From a virus, in the IMG/VR virus record IMGVR_UViG_3300020421_001669, positions 64,001 through 128,000 of that record: DNA of 64,000 nt. One strand, written 5' to 3'. Both the position numbers and the translations under genes were made by a program. Shown one piece after another: positions 55,792-64,000 of the stretch (position 1 is its first letter; the number at the start of each line of letters is the position of its first letter). The notes under the pieces were generated by a model. The model was not told the origin of the DNA, searched no databases, and saw only the letters and a list, made by a program, of their open reading frames with translations.

Positions 55792-56835
55792 ATGCTTTAT
55801 GTAGATGTGAAATATATCAACTTGATATCTCATCATTTTGAGAAATTCAAGAAAAAGAATGATTATCTTTGGAATGTAAGATGCCCGTTCTGTGGCGATT
55901 CACGCAAGAATCAAAACAAGATGCGTGGATATTTTTTCCGCAAAGAAAACAATATGATTTACAAATGCCACAACTGTGGTTTTGGTGCTAGCGTTGCGAC
56001 TGTTCTCAAAGAACTCGCACCTACTACACACAAGGAATATTGTCTTGAAAGATTTGGTGAGAATGAGAATAAAAACTGGGAACCAAAGGGCGCAAACTGG
56101 ACTCCAAACGGACACAAATTGTTTGATGATAAACCAGTAGAACCACCCAAGTTCACACCAAAATTTAGTTTATTTGATAAACTTGTGGATAGATTGGATA
56201 CACTTCCATATGACCATGAGGCAGTTCAATATGTGAAAAGTAGAAATATTCCAAATGATAAATTGGATCGACTTTACTATATTGATAACATAAAAAATAT
56301 AGTACAACTTAATGACAAATACTCTAAATCGATAGTAACAGAAGAACCCAGATTGGTCATTCCCTTCTTTGACCAAGATGGACAGTTGATGTCGGTGTCA
56401 TTAAGAGCTATGAGAGGGGAAACACTGAGGTATATTCTAGTTAAAGTTAAAGAGGATGCACCTACAGTATTCGGTTTGGATAGAGTTGATATGTCTAAAC
56501 CTATATCAGTTGTTGAAGGGCCGATAGATAGTCTGTTTCTTGAAAACAGTATTGCCTGTTCTGGCACTTCATTCAACAAAATTGAACAATTGGGAATCAA
56601 CCATGATAAGATTACAATCGTGTTCGACAATCAACCGCGTAACAAAGATGTTGTTAAGTTGGTTGAAAAATATGTTGACCTTGATTATAATGTTGTCATA
56701 TGGCCAGAATCAATTGTACAAAAAGATATAAATGATATGGTGAACGATGGTATTGATGTACGCGATGTTATTAGTAGTAATACACAGAGTGGACTGACTG
56801 CCAAGTTTTTATTAAATCAATGGAAAAAATGTTAG
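55792..56835 (+). CDS. 61: DNA primase
   Basis: RCPFCGDS, YKCHNCG, VEGPIDSLF, FDNQPRN, KDINDM. Confidence 0.96.
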   Translation: MLYVDVKYINLISHHFEKFKKKNDYLWNVRCPFCGDSRKNQNKMRGYFFRKENNMIYKCHNCGFGASVATVLKELAPTTHKEYCLERFGENENKNWEPKGANWTPNGHKLFDDKPVEPPKFTPKFSLFDKLVDRLDTLPYDHEAVQYVKSRNIPNDKLDRLYYIDNIKNIVQLNDKYSKSIVTEEPRLVIPFFDQDGQLMSVSLRAMRGETLRYILVKVKEDAPTVFGLDRVDMSKPISVVEGPIDSLFLENSIACSGTSFNKIEQLGINHDKITIVFDNQPRNKDVVKLVEKYVDLDYNVVIWPESIVQKDINDMVNDGIDVRDVISSNTQSGLTAKFLLNQWKKC

Positions 56836-56845
56836 GAGCAAATAC

Positions 56846-57166
56846 ATGATTGAAGAAAATGTACTAGCAGCTACTGATACACTCATATTACTTGGTGTTC
56901 TGGTAATTTCTGCACTCTTCATCGGCGCTTTCACTATTAGACCAAAGGTAGAAAAAAGTCTGCAAAATGTTACAGATAAAACTGTGACTATGGAAGACAA
57001 AATCAAAGAACAGTCTACTGTCGATTTTGGTAAAATGACAAAAGCAAAGCTTGATGAGTACGGAGAGTCAAAAGGAATTAAACTTGACCGAAGAAAAACC
57101 AAAGCAAATATGATTGCGGATTTAGAAGCTGCAATGAAAGGTAACAATCACAAACTAGGAAAATAA
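56846..57166 (+). CDS. TM protein with HeH/Rho-N-like domain
   Basis: MTKAKLDEYGESKGIKLDRRKTKANMI. Confidence 0.6.
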   Translation: MIEENVLAATDTLILLGVLVISALFIGAFTIRPKVEKSLQNVTDKTVTMEDKIKEQSTVDFGKMTKAKLDEYGESKGIKLDRRKTKANMIADLEAAMKGNNHKLGK

Positions 57167-57171
57167 AAATT

Positions 57172-57855
57172 ATGAACCATGAAGTGAGTTTGATAGGTTT
57201 AACACAACCTTCAGCCTATACTGGTTGTCGTACTGCAAATGAACTAATTGCATACGCGGCTAGGGTTAGTAACCCAGAAAACCAGATGAATGTAAAAACC
57301 GCACCAAAGTTATTGGCTTATCTTATTAAGCATGAACATTGGTCACCTTTTGAAATTGTTTCTTTGACGATGGAAATTAAAACAACGCGAGATATTGGTA
57401 GACAAATACTAAGACATCGTAGTTTTTCTTTCCAAGAGTTTAGTCAAAGATATGCTGTATCAGAAGATTTTGTAACTAGGGATGCTAGATTACAGGATGA
57501 GAAGAACAGACAAAATTCTATCGAAATTGGTGAGGCTATTGAAGAACAACAATTCAAAGAGCAGTGGTCTATGCAACAGGCGAAAGTTATGCATGAATCT
57601 AAAAAAGCTTACCAGTGGGCCCTAGATAATGGGATTGCTAAGGAACAAGCTAGAGCAGTGTTACCAGAAGGTAATACTATGACCACCATATACATGGCTG
57701 GTACACTGCGGTCTTGGATTCATTATTGTGGTCTTAGGGGTGGACATGGTACACAGTTAGAACACACTAAGATAGCAAACATATGCTGGGAAATAATAGG
57801 ACAACACTTCCCAGATGTAGTAAAGGCGGTACAAGATGCGAGACAAGGCGACTAG
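57172..57855 (+). CDS. thyX: Flavin-dependent thymidylate synthase
   Basis: HWSPFE, QILRHRSFSFQEFSQRY, EQARAVLP. Confidence 0.96.
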   Translation: MNHEVSLIGLTQPSAYTGCRTANELIAYAARVSNPENQMNVKTAPKLLAYLIKHEHWSPFEIVSLTMEIKTTRDIGRQILRHRSFSFQEFSQRYAVSEDFVTRDARLQDEKNRQNSIEIGEAIEEQQFKEQWSMQQAKVMHESKKAYQWALDNGIAKEQARAVLPEGNTMTTIYMAGTLRSWIHYCGLRGGHGTQLEHTKIANICWEIIGQHFPDVVKAVQDARQGD

Positions 57856-58678
57856 TAGGTATAAAGCATTTGAAAGGATTTATTTCGGTAAAACCGAGGA
57901 TGAAGATAAACACATTGATTTAGTCAAGGGTAGAATACCATATGCCTTTGGTTGGAATAGGAAACTAAACGAACCAGTAAGACATAAATGGAGTTCTACT
58001 GATAGTGAAGATGCTTGGGAGTCTAATTTAAAAAACCAGAAAGACCTTTTGGAAAAGTATGGTTGGTTGGACACTGAAGTTTACTATGACCTTAACTCAC
58101 ATGGATATCGTACAGATGAATTTCGGGAGTCGCCGGACTCTATTGTTGCTATAGGAGAATGTTTTACCTATGGCACTGGACTACCAGTAGAGATGACATG
58201 GCCATATCTATTGGGTAAAGAGATTGATACTAAGATATGGAACTTGGGATTATGTACTACAGGACTTGATGTTAGTTTTAGAAGTCTGATAAGTTGGTTA
58301 CCTGTAATAAAACCTAAGATGGTTCTATTATTAGAGAACAGTCAATTGGGTAGAGAAGTATGGTACATAGATGAAGAGAAGGATGAGTGGAATACTCAGA
58401 TTGGATTTTGGTCTGACCACGACTGGCAAAGAGAATTGGTAGAATCTAAAACAGAAAGATTTATATCAAGACAAAAGAATTTACTTGCCATAAAACAGTT
58501 GTGTCAAATACACGACATAGAGTTGAAAATCATATCCGCGAGAGAAAGAAACGAGATAGGATTGTCAAATTGGAATGAACATAAAGAAGAAAAGTATGCA
58601 TTGTCTAGGGATTTAATGCACCCAGGCCTTGCATTTCATCAAGAGATGGTAAAACGCTGGAAAGAGGAACAACTATAA
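57836..58678 (+). CDS. SGNH-hydrolase-like protein
   Basis: NSHGYR, G..FT.G.G, WP..L, NLG, D.MHPG. Confidence 0.6.
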   Translation: MRDKATSRYKAFERIYFGKTEDEDKHIDLVKGRIPYAFGWNRKLNEPVRHKWSSTDSEDAWESNLKNQKDLLEKYGWLDTEVYYDLNSHGYRTDEFRESPDSIVAIGECFTYGTGLPVEMTWPYLLGKEIDTKIWNLGLCTTGLDVSFRSLISWLPVIKPKMVLLLENSQLGREVWYIDEEKDEWNTQIGFWSDHDWQRELVESKTERFISRQKNLLAIKQLCQIHDIELKIISARERNEIGLSNWNEHKEEKYALSRDLMHPGLAFHQEMVKRWKEEQL

Positions 58679-60477
58679 TGGCGACAGAAGATTATTTAGG
58701 AATTAAAATAGACAGGGAGAGAGACCAGTTATTCGATAAGTTGGGTATTCAGCGTCTACAAGAAAGTTACATGAAAGAGGAAGAAGATAGTCCACAACAG
58801 AGGTTTGCTTTTGTGAGCAAGTCATTTGCTTCAAATGATGAACACGCACAGAGGTTATACGACTATTCTAGTAAACACTGGTTGTCTTACTCTACACCTA
58901 TCCTATCATTTGGTAGGTCTAATAAGGGACTACCTATTTCATGTTTTTTAAATTACATTAACGATACAGCGGAGGGATTAGTTGAAAATCTATCAGAAAC
59001 AAATTGGCTTAGTATGCTTGGGGGCGGTGTTGGTATTGGGTTTGGTATCCGAGCTAGCGATGATAAGTCTACTGGCGTCTTGCCACATCTCAAAACCTAT
59101 GACTCAAGTTCACTCGCCTATAGACAGGGTAAGACACGAAGGGGTAGTTATGCCGCTTACCTCGACATTAGTCACCCCGATATTACAATGTTTCTCGAAA
59201 TGCGTAAACCAACAGGAGACCAAAACCTCAGATGTCTAAATCTACATCACGGTATTAATATCAGTGATAGGTTTATGCAACTAATTGAGAAGTGCATGTC
59301 AGACCCAGATGCTGATGATAGGTGGAATCTAACAGACCCACACACAGGGGAAGTGCGAGATACAGTATCAGCGAAAGCATTGTGGCAGAAAATACTAGAA
59401 ATGAGAATGGAGACAGGAGAACCTTATTTACATTTTGTTGATGCAAGTAATCGTGGATTGCCAGAGTGGTTAAAAGAGAAGGGATTAAAAATTAATCAGT
59501 CTAATCTTTGTTCAGAGATTATATTACCAACCAATGAAAACAGAACTGCTGTTTGTTGTTTATCATCTGTGAACCTAGAACACTATGACGCATGGTCAAA
59601 GAGTACCACATTCTTGAGAGATGTGGCAGAGATGTTAGATAATGTATTACAGTATTTTATTGACAACGCACCAGATACAGTATCAAGAGCAGTATTTTCA
59701 GCGAAACAGGAAAGAAGTATTGGGATTGGTGCATTAGGATTTCATGCATATCTCCAGAAAAACAGTATACCATTTGAAGGATTTATGGCGAAGTCAACAA
59801 ATATCAGAATGTTCAAACTAATAAGGGGAAAACTAGATGAAGCAAACTTGGACTTGGGTAAAGAAAGAGGGGAAGCTATTGATGCGAAGGGGACAGGAAG
59901 AAGATTTAGTCATGTTATGGCTATCGCTCCCAATGCTAGTAGCTCTATTATTATGGGAAACACCTCGCCGTCTATTGAACCGTATCGTGCAAACGCTTAC
60001 AGGCAGGACACATTATCTGGAGCGTATCTCAATAAGAATAAGCACTTGGATATTATTATTAAAGATAAATGCGAGACTAACAAAAGACTCGATTATGACA
60101 AAATTTGGTCATCGATAATTGCCAACGATGGGTCAGTACAACATGTAACATGTCTGGATGATAAAGAAAAAGAAATCTACAAGACTGCCATGGAGATTGA
60201 CCAACGATGGGTAGTAGAACATGCATCTACTAGACAAGAGTGGATTGACCAAGCACAGTCTGTTAATTTATTTTTCAGACCAGATGTTAATATTAAATAT
60301 TTACACGCGATACATTATCTAGCATGGAAACAAGGGATGAAGACTCTATACTATTGTAGGTCAGAAAAACTTGGTAAAGCAGATAAGGTCTCTAAAAGAA
60401 TTGAAAGGGAAGCAATAAAAGAGATTGATTTTCAGAGTATGATTGATGGTGAAAATTGTGTTGCATGTGAAGGATGA
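58678..60477 (+). CDS. nrdA: Ribonucleotide reductase class Ia alpha (no ATP cone)
   Basis: PISCFL, QSNLCSEI, VCCLSS, APNASSS, TLYY, CVACEG. Confidence 0.96.
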   Translation: MATEDYLGIKIDRERDQLFDKLGIQRLQESYMKEEEDSPQQRFAFVSKSFASNDEHAQRLYDYSSKHWLSYSTPILSFGRSNKGLPISCFLNYINDTAEGLVENLSETNWLSMLGGGVGIGFGIRASDDKSTGVLPHLKTYDSSSLAYRQGKTRRGSYAAYLDISHPDITMFLEMRKPTGDQNLRCLNLHHGINISDRFMQLIEKCMSDPDADDRWNLTDPHTGEVRDTVSAKALWQKILEMRMETGEPYLHFVDASNRGLPEWLKEKGLKINQSNLCSEIILPTNENRTAVCCLSSVNLEHYDAWSKSTTFLRDVAEMLDNVLQYFIDNAPDTVSRAVFSAKQERSIGIGALGFHAYLQKNSIPFEGFMAKSTNIRMFKLIRGKLDEANLDLGKERGEAIDAKGTGRRFSHVMAIAPNASSSIIMGNTSPSIEPYRANAYRQDTLSGAYLNKNKHLDIIIKDKCETNKRLDYDKIWSSIIANDGSVQHVTCLDDKEKEIYKTAMEIDQRWVVEHASTRQEWIDQAQSVNLFFRPDVNIKYLHAIHYLAWKQGMKTLYYCRSEKLGKADKVSKRIEREAIKEIDFQSMIDGENCVACEG

Positions 60478-61087
60478 TATAGAAAAAGAAATACCACTAA
60501 ATAAGAAGATTGCGGTTTTAGTTAGTGGTGGATGGGACAGTGCCATTATGTGGTATCTGGTCAAATCAGTGTGTATGGAACGCAATCAAGAGTGTAATCC
60601 GTTTACAGTACCAAAGATTGATGGTGCGGAACATTACGCTAATATGGTGCTAGAATGGTCTTCTAACCGTCTAGGACACGCCAAGATAAAGACAACCATT
60701 GTAGGGGATGTATCATCCGATAATCCTTCTGATTATGTTACCAGTGGTGGTTGGGATATCTGGAACAGAGGTTTGGGTGAACATTTATTCAGCGCAGTAA
60801 ATGCCTACCCACCAAATCAAAGGTCTATGCTACCAGAGGGTTACCCTTTACCCAATGATAGATTTATTAAGACCGATGAACACAAGCATTTAAGTGTGCC
60901 TTTCGCAGACTTTACAAAAGATAAAATTGTACAGTTAGGATTTGATTTAGGTATAGCAGAAGACATTATGCCTATCACTCATAGTTGTACGGAATTGGAC
61001 AGGGGCCGATGTGGTAACTGCTGGTGGTGTAAAGAAAGAGAGTGGGCTTTTAACGAAATAGGTCAAAAAGATACTGGAGAGAACTAA
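60443..61087 (+). CDS. QueC-like PP-loop ATPase
   Basis: SGGWDS and THSC...CGNCWWCKER; probable GTG start at 60467. Confidence 0.75.
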   Translation: MMVKIVLHVKDDIEKEIPLNKKIAVLVSGGWDSAIMWYLVKSVCMERNQECNPFTVPKIDGAEHYANMVLEWSSNRLGHAKIKTTIVGDVSSDNPSDYVTSGGWDIWNRGLGEHLFSAVNAYPPNQRSMLPEGYPLPNDRFIKTDEHKHLSVPFADFTKDKIVQLGFDLGIAEDIMPITHSCTELDRGRCGNCWWCKEREWAFNEIGQKDTGEN

Positions 61088-62076
61088 TGACACCTAAACA
61101 AGATTTAACAAGTAAAAGAGAATATTTTAAACCCTTCAACTACCCTTGGGCATACGAGGCATGGTTGAAACATGAACAGTCTCATTGGTTACATACCGAA
61201 GTACCGATGGCAGAAGATGTAAAAGATTGGAAGGAACGATTATCACAAGAAGAGAAAGCATTTCTCACTAATATATTTCGATTCTTCACACAGGGTGACA
61301 TAGATGTGGCAGATGGGTATGTGACTAACTATCTGCCATATTTTCCGCAACCAGAAATACGAATGATGTTATCTGGATTTGCCGCTCGAGAAGCATTGCA
61401 TGTTGCCGCTTACTCACATCTAATTGAGACTCTTGGGATGCCTGAAAGTACATACAGTGAGTTCTTGGAGTATCAGGCAATGGCAGATAAACACGAATAC
61501 TTTATGGACTTATCAAAAGCAAATGGAACCGCAGAGAGTGTTGCCACTAATATCGCCGCCTTTAGTGCATTTACTGAGGGTATGCAGTTGTTTAGTTCTT
61601 TCATTATGTTATTGAACTTTCCGCGTCACGGTAAGATGAAAGGTATGGGTCAGATTATTACATGGTCTATTGTAGATGAGACTATGCACGCTGAGTCTAT
61701 GATTAAGTTGTTTAGAACTTACATAGAGGAGAACAGAAGACTATGGAAGGATTCTCTTAAAAGAGAAATATATACCATTGCTGAAAATATGGTAGAGTTA
61801 GAAGAAAAATTTATTGACCTTGCATTTGCTATGGGGCCAATGGAGAATCTAAAACCAGAAGATGTTAAAACATATATTCGATACATTGCTGACAGGAGAT
61901 TGATTAGTTTGGGTATGAGAGGTATATTCAAGGTAAAAAGAAATCCACTATTGTGGGTAGAAGAAATGATTAACGCACCTACACATACAAACTTCTTTGA
62001 AAATAGAGCAACTGATTATGCGAGGGGGGCGCTCCAAGGGAAGTGGGATGATGTCTGGGGGACAGCAGTAGCATAA
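61087..62076 (+). CDS. nrdB: Ribonucleotide reductase class Ia beta
   Basis: FFTQGD, EALHVAAY, EGMQLFSSF, DETMH, NFFE. Confidence 0.96.
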   Translation: MTPKQDLTSKREYFKPFNYPWAYEAWLKHEQSHWLHTEVPMAEDVKDWKERLSQEEKAFLTNIFRFFTQGDIDVADGYVTNYLPYFPQPEIRMMLSGFAAREALHVAAYSHLIETLGMPESTYSEFLEYQAMADKHEYFMDLSKANGTAESVATNIAAFSAFTEGMQLFSSFIMLLNFPRHGKMKGMGQIITWSIVDETMHAESMIKLFRTYIEENRRLWKDSLKREIYTIAENMVELEEKFIDLAFAMGPMENLKPEDVKTYIRYIADRRLISLGMRGIFKVKRNPLLWVEEMINAPTHTNFFENRATDYARGALQGKWDDVWGTAVA

Positions 62077-62077
62077 T

Positions 62078-62260
62078 ATGACTGAACCTTCAAAACATAT
62101 AGAGTGTGTCAAATGTGATGCAGTTTACCGAATAAAACATGATATGTCGGATTCCCATTATCGTATGGAGTATTGTACATTCTGTGGTTCGAGATTAGAA
62201 CTTGAAGAAGAGTTAGAACAAGAGGATTGGGATAAAGAAGAGGTAATTGAGGATTGGTAG
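62078..62260 (+). CDS. Small zinc-ribbon protein
   Basis: CVKC ... CTFCG; acidic tail. Confidence 0.7.
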   Translation: MTEPSKHIECVKCDAVYRIKHDMSDSHYRMEYCTFCGSRLELEEELEQEDWDKEEVIEDW

Positions 62261-62694
62261 TGGATAAGTTTGATAAAGCGCATATGCAAACAGCAAATGT
62301 ATATGCAAAATTATCACCCGCCAAGAGATTAAAGGTTGGGTGTATATTGGTGAAAGAGAATAGAATTGTCTCTATTGGATACAATGGTACGCCATCTGGA
62401 TGGAGTAACGATTGCGAATATCCAAGTAAAAGAGGCGCATTGACAGGCAATGTCATAGAACTAAAAACTAAACCAGAGGTATTACACGCGGAGACAAATG
62501 CAATTGCTAAAGTTGCGAGGTCTACAGAAAGTGCTGAGGGTACTACATTGTACACCACTCACGCACCATGTTTAGATTGTTCTAAGTTGATATATCAGTC
62601 TGGTATTAGTGCGGTTTACTACGAGAAGGAATATAGAACAGAGGAAGGCATTAAGTTTTTAAAGAAATCTGGAGTACCAGTTTTCAAAATGTAG
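62254..62694 (+). CDS. cd: dCMP deaminase
   Basis: GYNG, HAETNAI, PCLDC. Confidence 0.92.
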   Translation: MVVDKFDKAHMQTANVYAKLSPAKRLKVGCILVKENRIVSIGYNGTPSGWSNDCEYPSKRGALTGNVIELKTKPEVLHAETNAIAKVARSTESAEGTTLYTTHAPCLDCSKLIYQSGISAVYYEKEYRTEEGIKFLKKSGVPVFKM

Positions 62695-62702
62695 GAGTAA
62701 AT

Positions 62703-63374
62703 ATGGTTGAATTTTATGGGCATGAGTTGAAACATGATGATAGTTGTTTTACACCAACTACAATAACAAAGTTTACGGCAATCAATGTGCCAGTCGAAGG
62801 TAAAAAGGTTTTAGACCTTGGTTGTGGTATTGGCCCACTTGCTATATACTATGCAAAGAATGGTGCTGAATCTGTGACTGCTGTTGATGTTTATGAGAAA
62901 CATTGTTTTTATACCATGATTAATGCTGCTACGAATAATGTACAAGACAAAGTAAAAGTTATCAAGAGTGATTTGTTTGAAGATGTACACGAAAAATTTG
63001 ATGTTATATCGTGTGATGTGTCTGGTGTAGATAGAAGGGTAGCAGAGATGACAGGGTGGTTCCCCGATGGAGTACCCAAGGCAGATGAGACAGGTGCTGA
63101 TATTATATGTCGTGCAATCAAAGATGCCCCTAATTATCTAAATGAGGGTGGCGATTTCTATTTGTGTACTGCTCAGTTTTCAGACTTACAAAAGATACAA
63201 GTACAGATGTCACAGACTCAAGGGTTGAATCAAGGGGAGAAAGTATTTGAAAAGTCTATACCTTTTTCTAAGAGGTTATTAGAAAATATAGATAACTTAG
63301 ACCCCAAACATTATAACAAAAGGGGTTCAAGATATTTTTGGAATTTTGCTCTATGGAGAATGGGTCTATTATGA
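62703..63374 (+). CDS. Class I SAM-dependent methyltransferase (PrmC/HemK-like)
   Basis: VLDLGCGIG, SDLF, FDVI. Confidence 0.85.
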   Translation: MVEFYGHELKHDDSCFTPTTITKFTAINVPVEGKKVLDLGCGIGPLAIYYAKNGAESVTAVDVYEKHCFYTMINAATNNVQDKVKVIKSDLFEDVHEKFDVISCDVSGVDRRVAEMTGWFPDGVPKADETGADIICRAIKDAPNYLNEGGDFYLCTAQFSDLQKIQVQMSQTQGLNQGEKVFEKSIPFSKRLLENIDNLDPKHYNKRGSRYFWNFALWRMGLL

Positions 63375-63667
63375 AAAAGTTGACTACATTATGGATGATA
63401 TTTTTGTGGTTTCTTTTACTACCTATCATAGCATTCATACCACATTCTAATTGTTGGTACTATTCTGTTAAAAGATGGGTACTAGAAGGATTCAAGGGTA
63501 AAGTAATACCAGTTGAAAGTAGAAGGTGGAGAGGATATCACTGTGTCTATCAAGATGCTAATGGAGAACTATGGGAGTATACATTAAAAAGGATGCCTAG
63601 GTTTATGCCTTGGTGGCAATTAATAGTATACAGGGGTGTTGAAAGACGATACCGTGGAAAAATATAA
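63371..63667 (+). CDS. Hypothetical membrane protein
   Basis: N-terminal TM; ATGA overlap. Confidence 0.6.
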   Translation: MKKLTTLWMIFLWFLLLPIIAFIPHSNCWYYSVKRWVLEGFKGKVIPVESRRWRGYHCVYQDANGELWEYTLKRMPRFMPWWQLIVYRGVERRYRGKI

Positions 63668-63670
63668 AAT

Positions 63671-64000
63671 ATGATTTATGAAGATTTTTTAACTGAAACA
63701 GTGTTTCCTGTAGTCAAAGACAAAAATGTCTTAGAAATAGGTGCATTGAATGATAAAATTACAGAATGTATTAAAAACGCTGGTGCTTATTATGTGGAGA
63801 CAGTAGACCCAGTTGGTTTGGTTAAACCAATTTTCAAGGGTACTGCTAATGATTATTATAAACAATTCAATCCAGATGACGGCAGATATCGTGATACTGA
63901 TGTTGTAGTGGTCATGGGGTTATTATATCACTTACATAGTCCTTGGCATTTACTAGAACTAATCATCAACTATTCACAACCAGATACATTAATAATTGAA
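63671..64000 (+). CDS. Class I SAM-dependent methyltransferase (3' truncated)
   Basis: VLEIGA ... DVVVVMGLLYHLHSP..LL, open to the window end. Confidence 0.75.
   Translation, partial: MIYEDFLTETVFPVVKDKNVLEIGALNDKITECIKNAGAYYVETVDPVGLVKPIFKGTANDYYKQFNPDDGRYRDTDVVVVMGLLYHLHSPWHLLELIINYSQPDTLIIE

Noticed and set aside
32706-62076. Possible introns or inteins in gp43, gp41, nrdA, nrdB, thyX
   Set aside because: All are uninterrupted and of normal or short length, with no intein or homing-endonuclease motifs
1661-63121. Numerous minus-strand and alternate-frame ORFs in the track (e.g. 16395-16889, 43717-44256, 34409-34864)
   Set aside because: They lie wholly over well-supported plus-strand genes, lack SD and motifs, and are typical antisense shadows
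1-64000. tRNA genes, CRISPR arrays, alternative genetic code
   Set aside because: No cloverleaf or repeat-spacer arrays in the short intergenic gaps; core genes are full length in the standard code with TAA, TAG and TGA all used as stops

Overview
This window is a gene-dense, AT-rich, entirely plus-strand segment of a T4-like myovirus genome. The host is probably a marine proteobacterium (inferred from the IscU/IscA, ThyX, peptide deformylase and RpoH-type signals). Order: tail/head module (gp18-gp23, gp3); uvsY/uvsW/gp55; an accessory cassette between gp55 and gp47 (DenV-like, DruA-like, glutaredoxin, cytidylyltransferase, cupin, T4 beta-glucosyltransferase-like); gp47/46; Def, IscU, IscA; an early vWA/MoxR (CobT/CobS-like) pair; gp45; a second cassette of parallel architecture (peroxiredoxin, Mom-like, cytidylyltransferase-cupin, radical SAM-SDR); gp44/62/regA/hsp20/gp43/uvsX/gp41; spanins and a holin candidate; small early genes; a late block of putative head-packaged (poly)proteins with T4 capsid-targeting-like N-termini; primase, ThyX, nrdA/QueC-like/nrdB, dCMP deaminase and methyltransferases. 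Best leads: (1) two twin cassettes that look like an undescribed DNA hypermodification pathway, together with a sequence-wide rule that CCWGG/CCGG/GGNCC occur only when overlapping GCC/GGC while GATC and ACGT are depleted; (2) protease-segmented virion polyproteins carrying ligase-like, NTase and kinase domains; (3) an early promoter class with GATC in the -10 box and a candidate sRNA complementary to those leaders; (4) an RpoH promoter plus ROSE thermometer on the phage hsp20. No tRNA, CRISPR array, intron or IS was seen. All protein assignments come from motif recognition and synteny; no database searches or exact counts were run.
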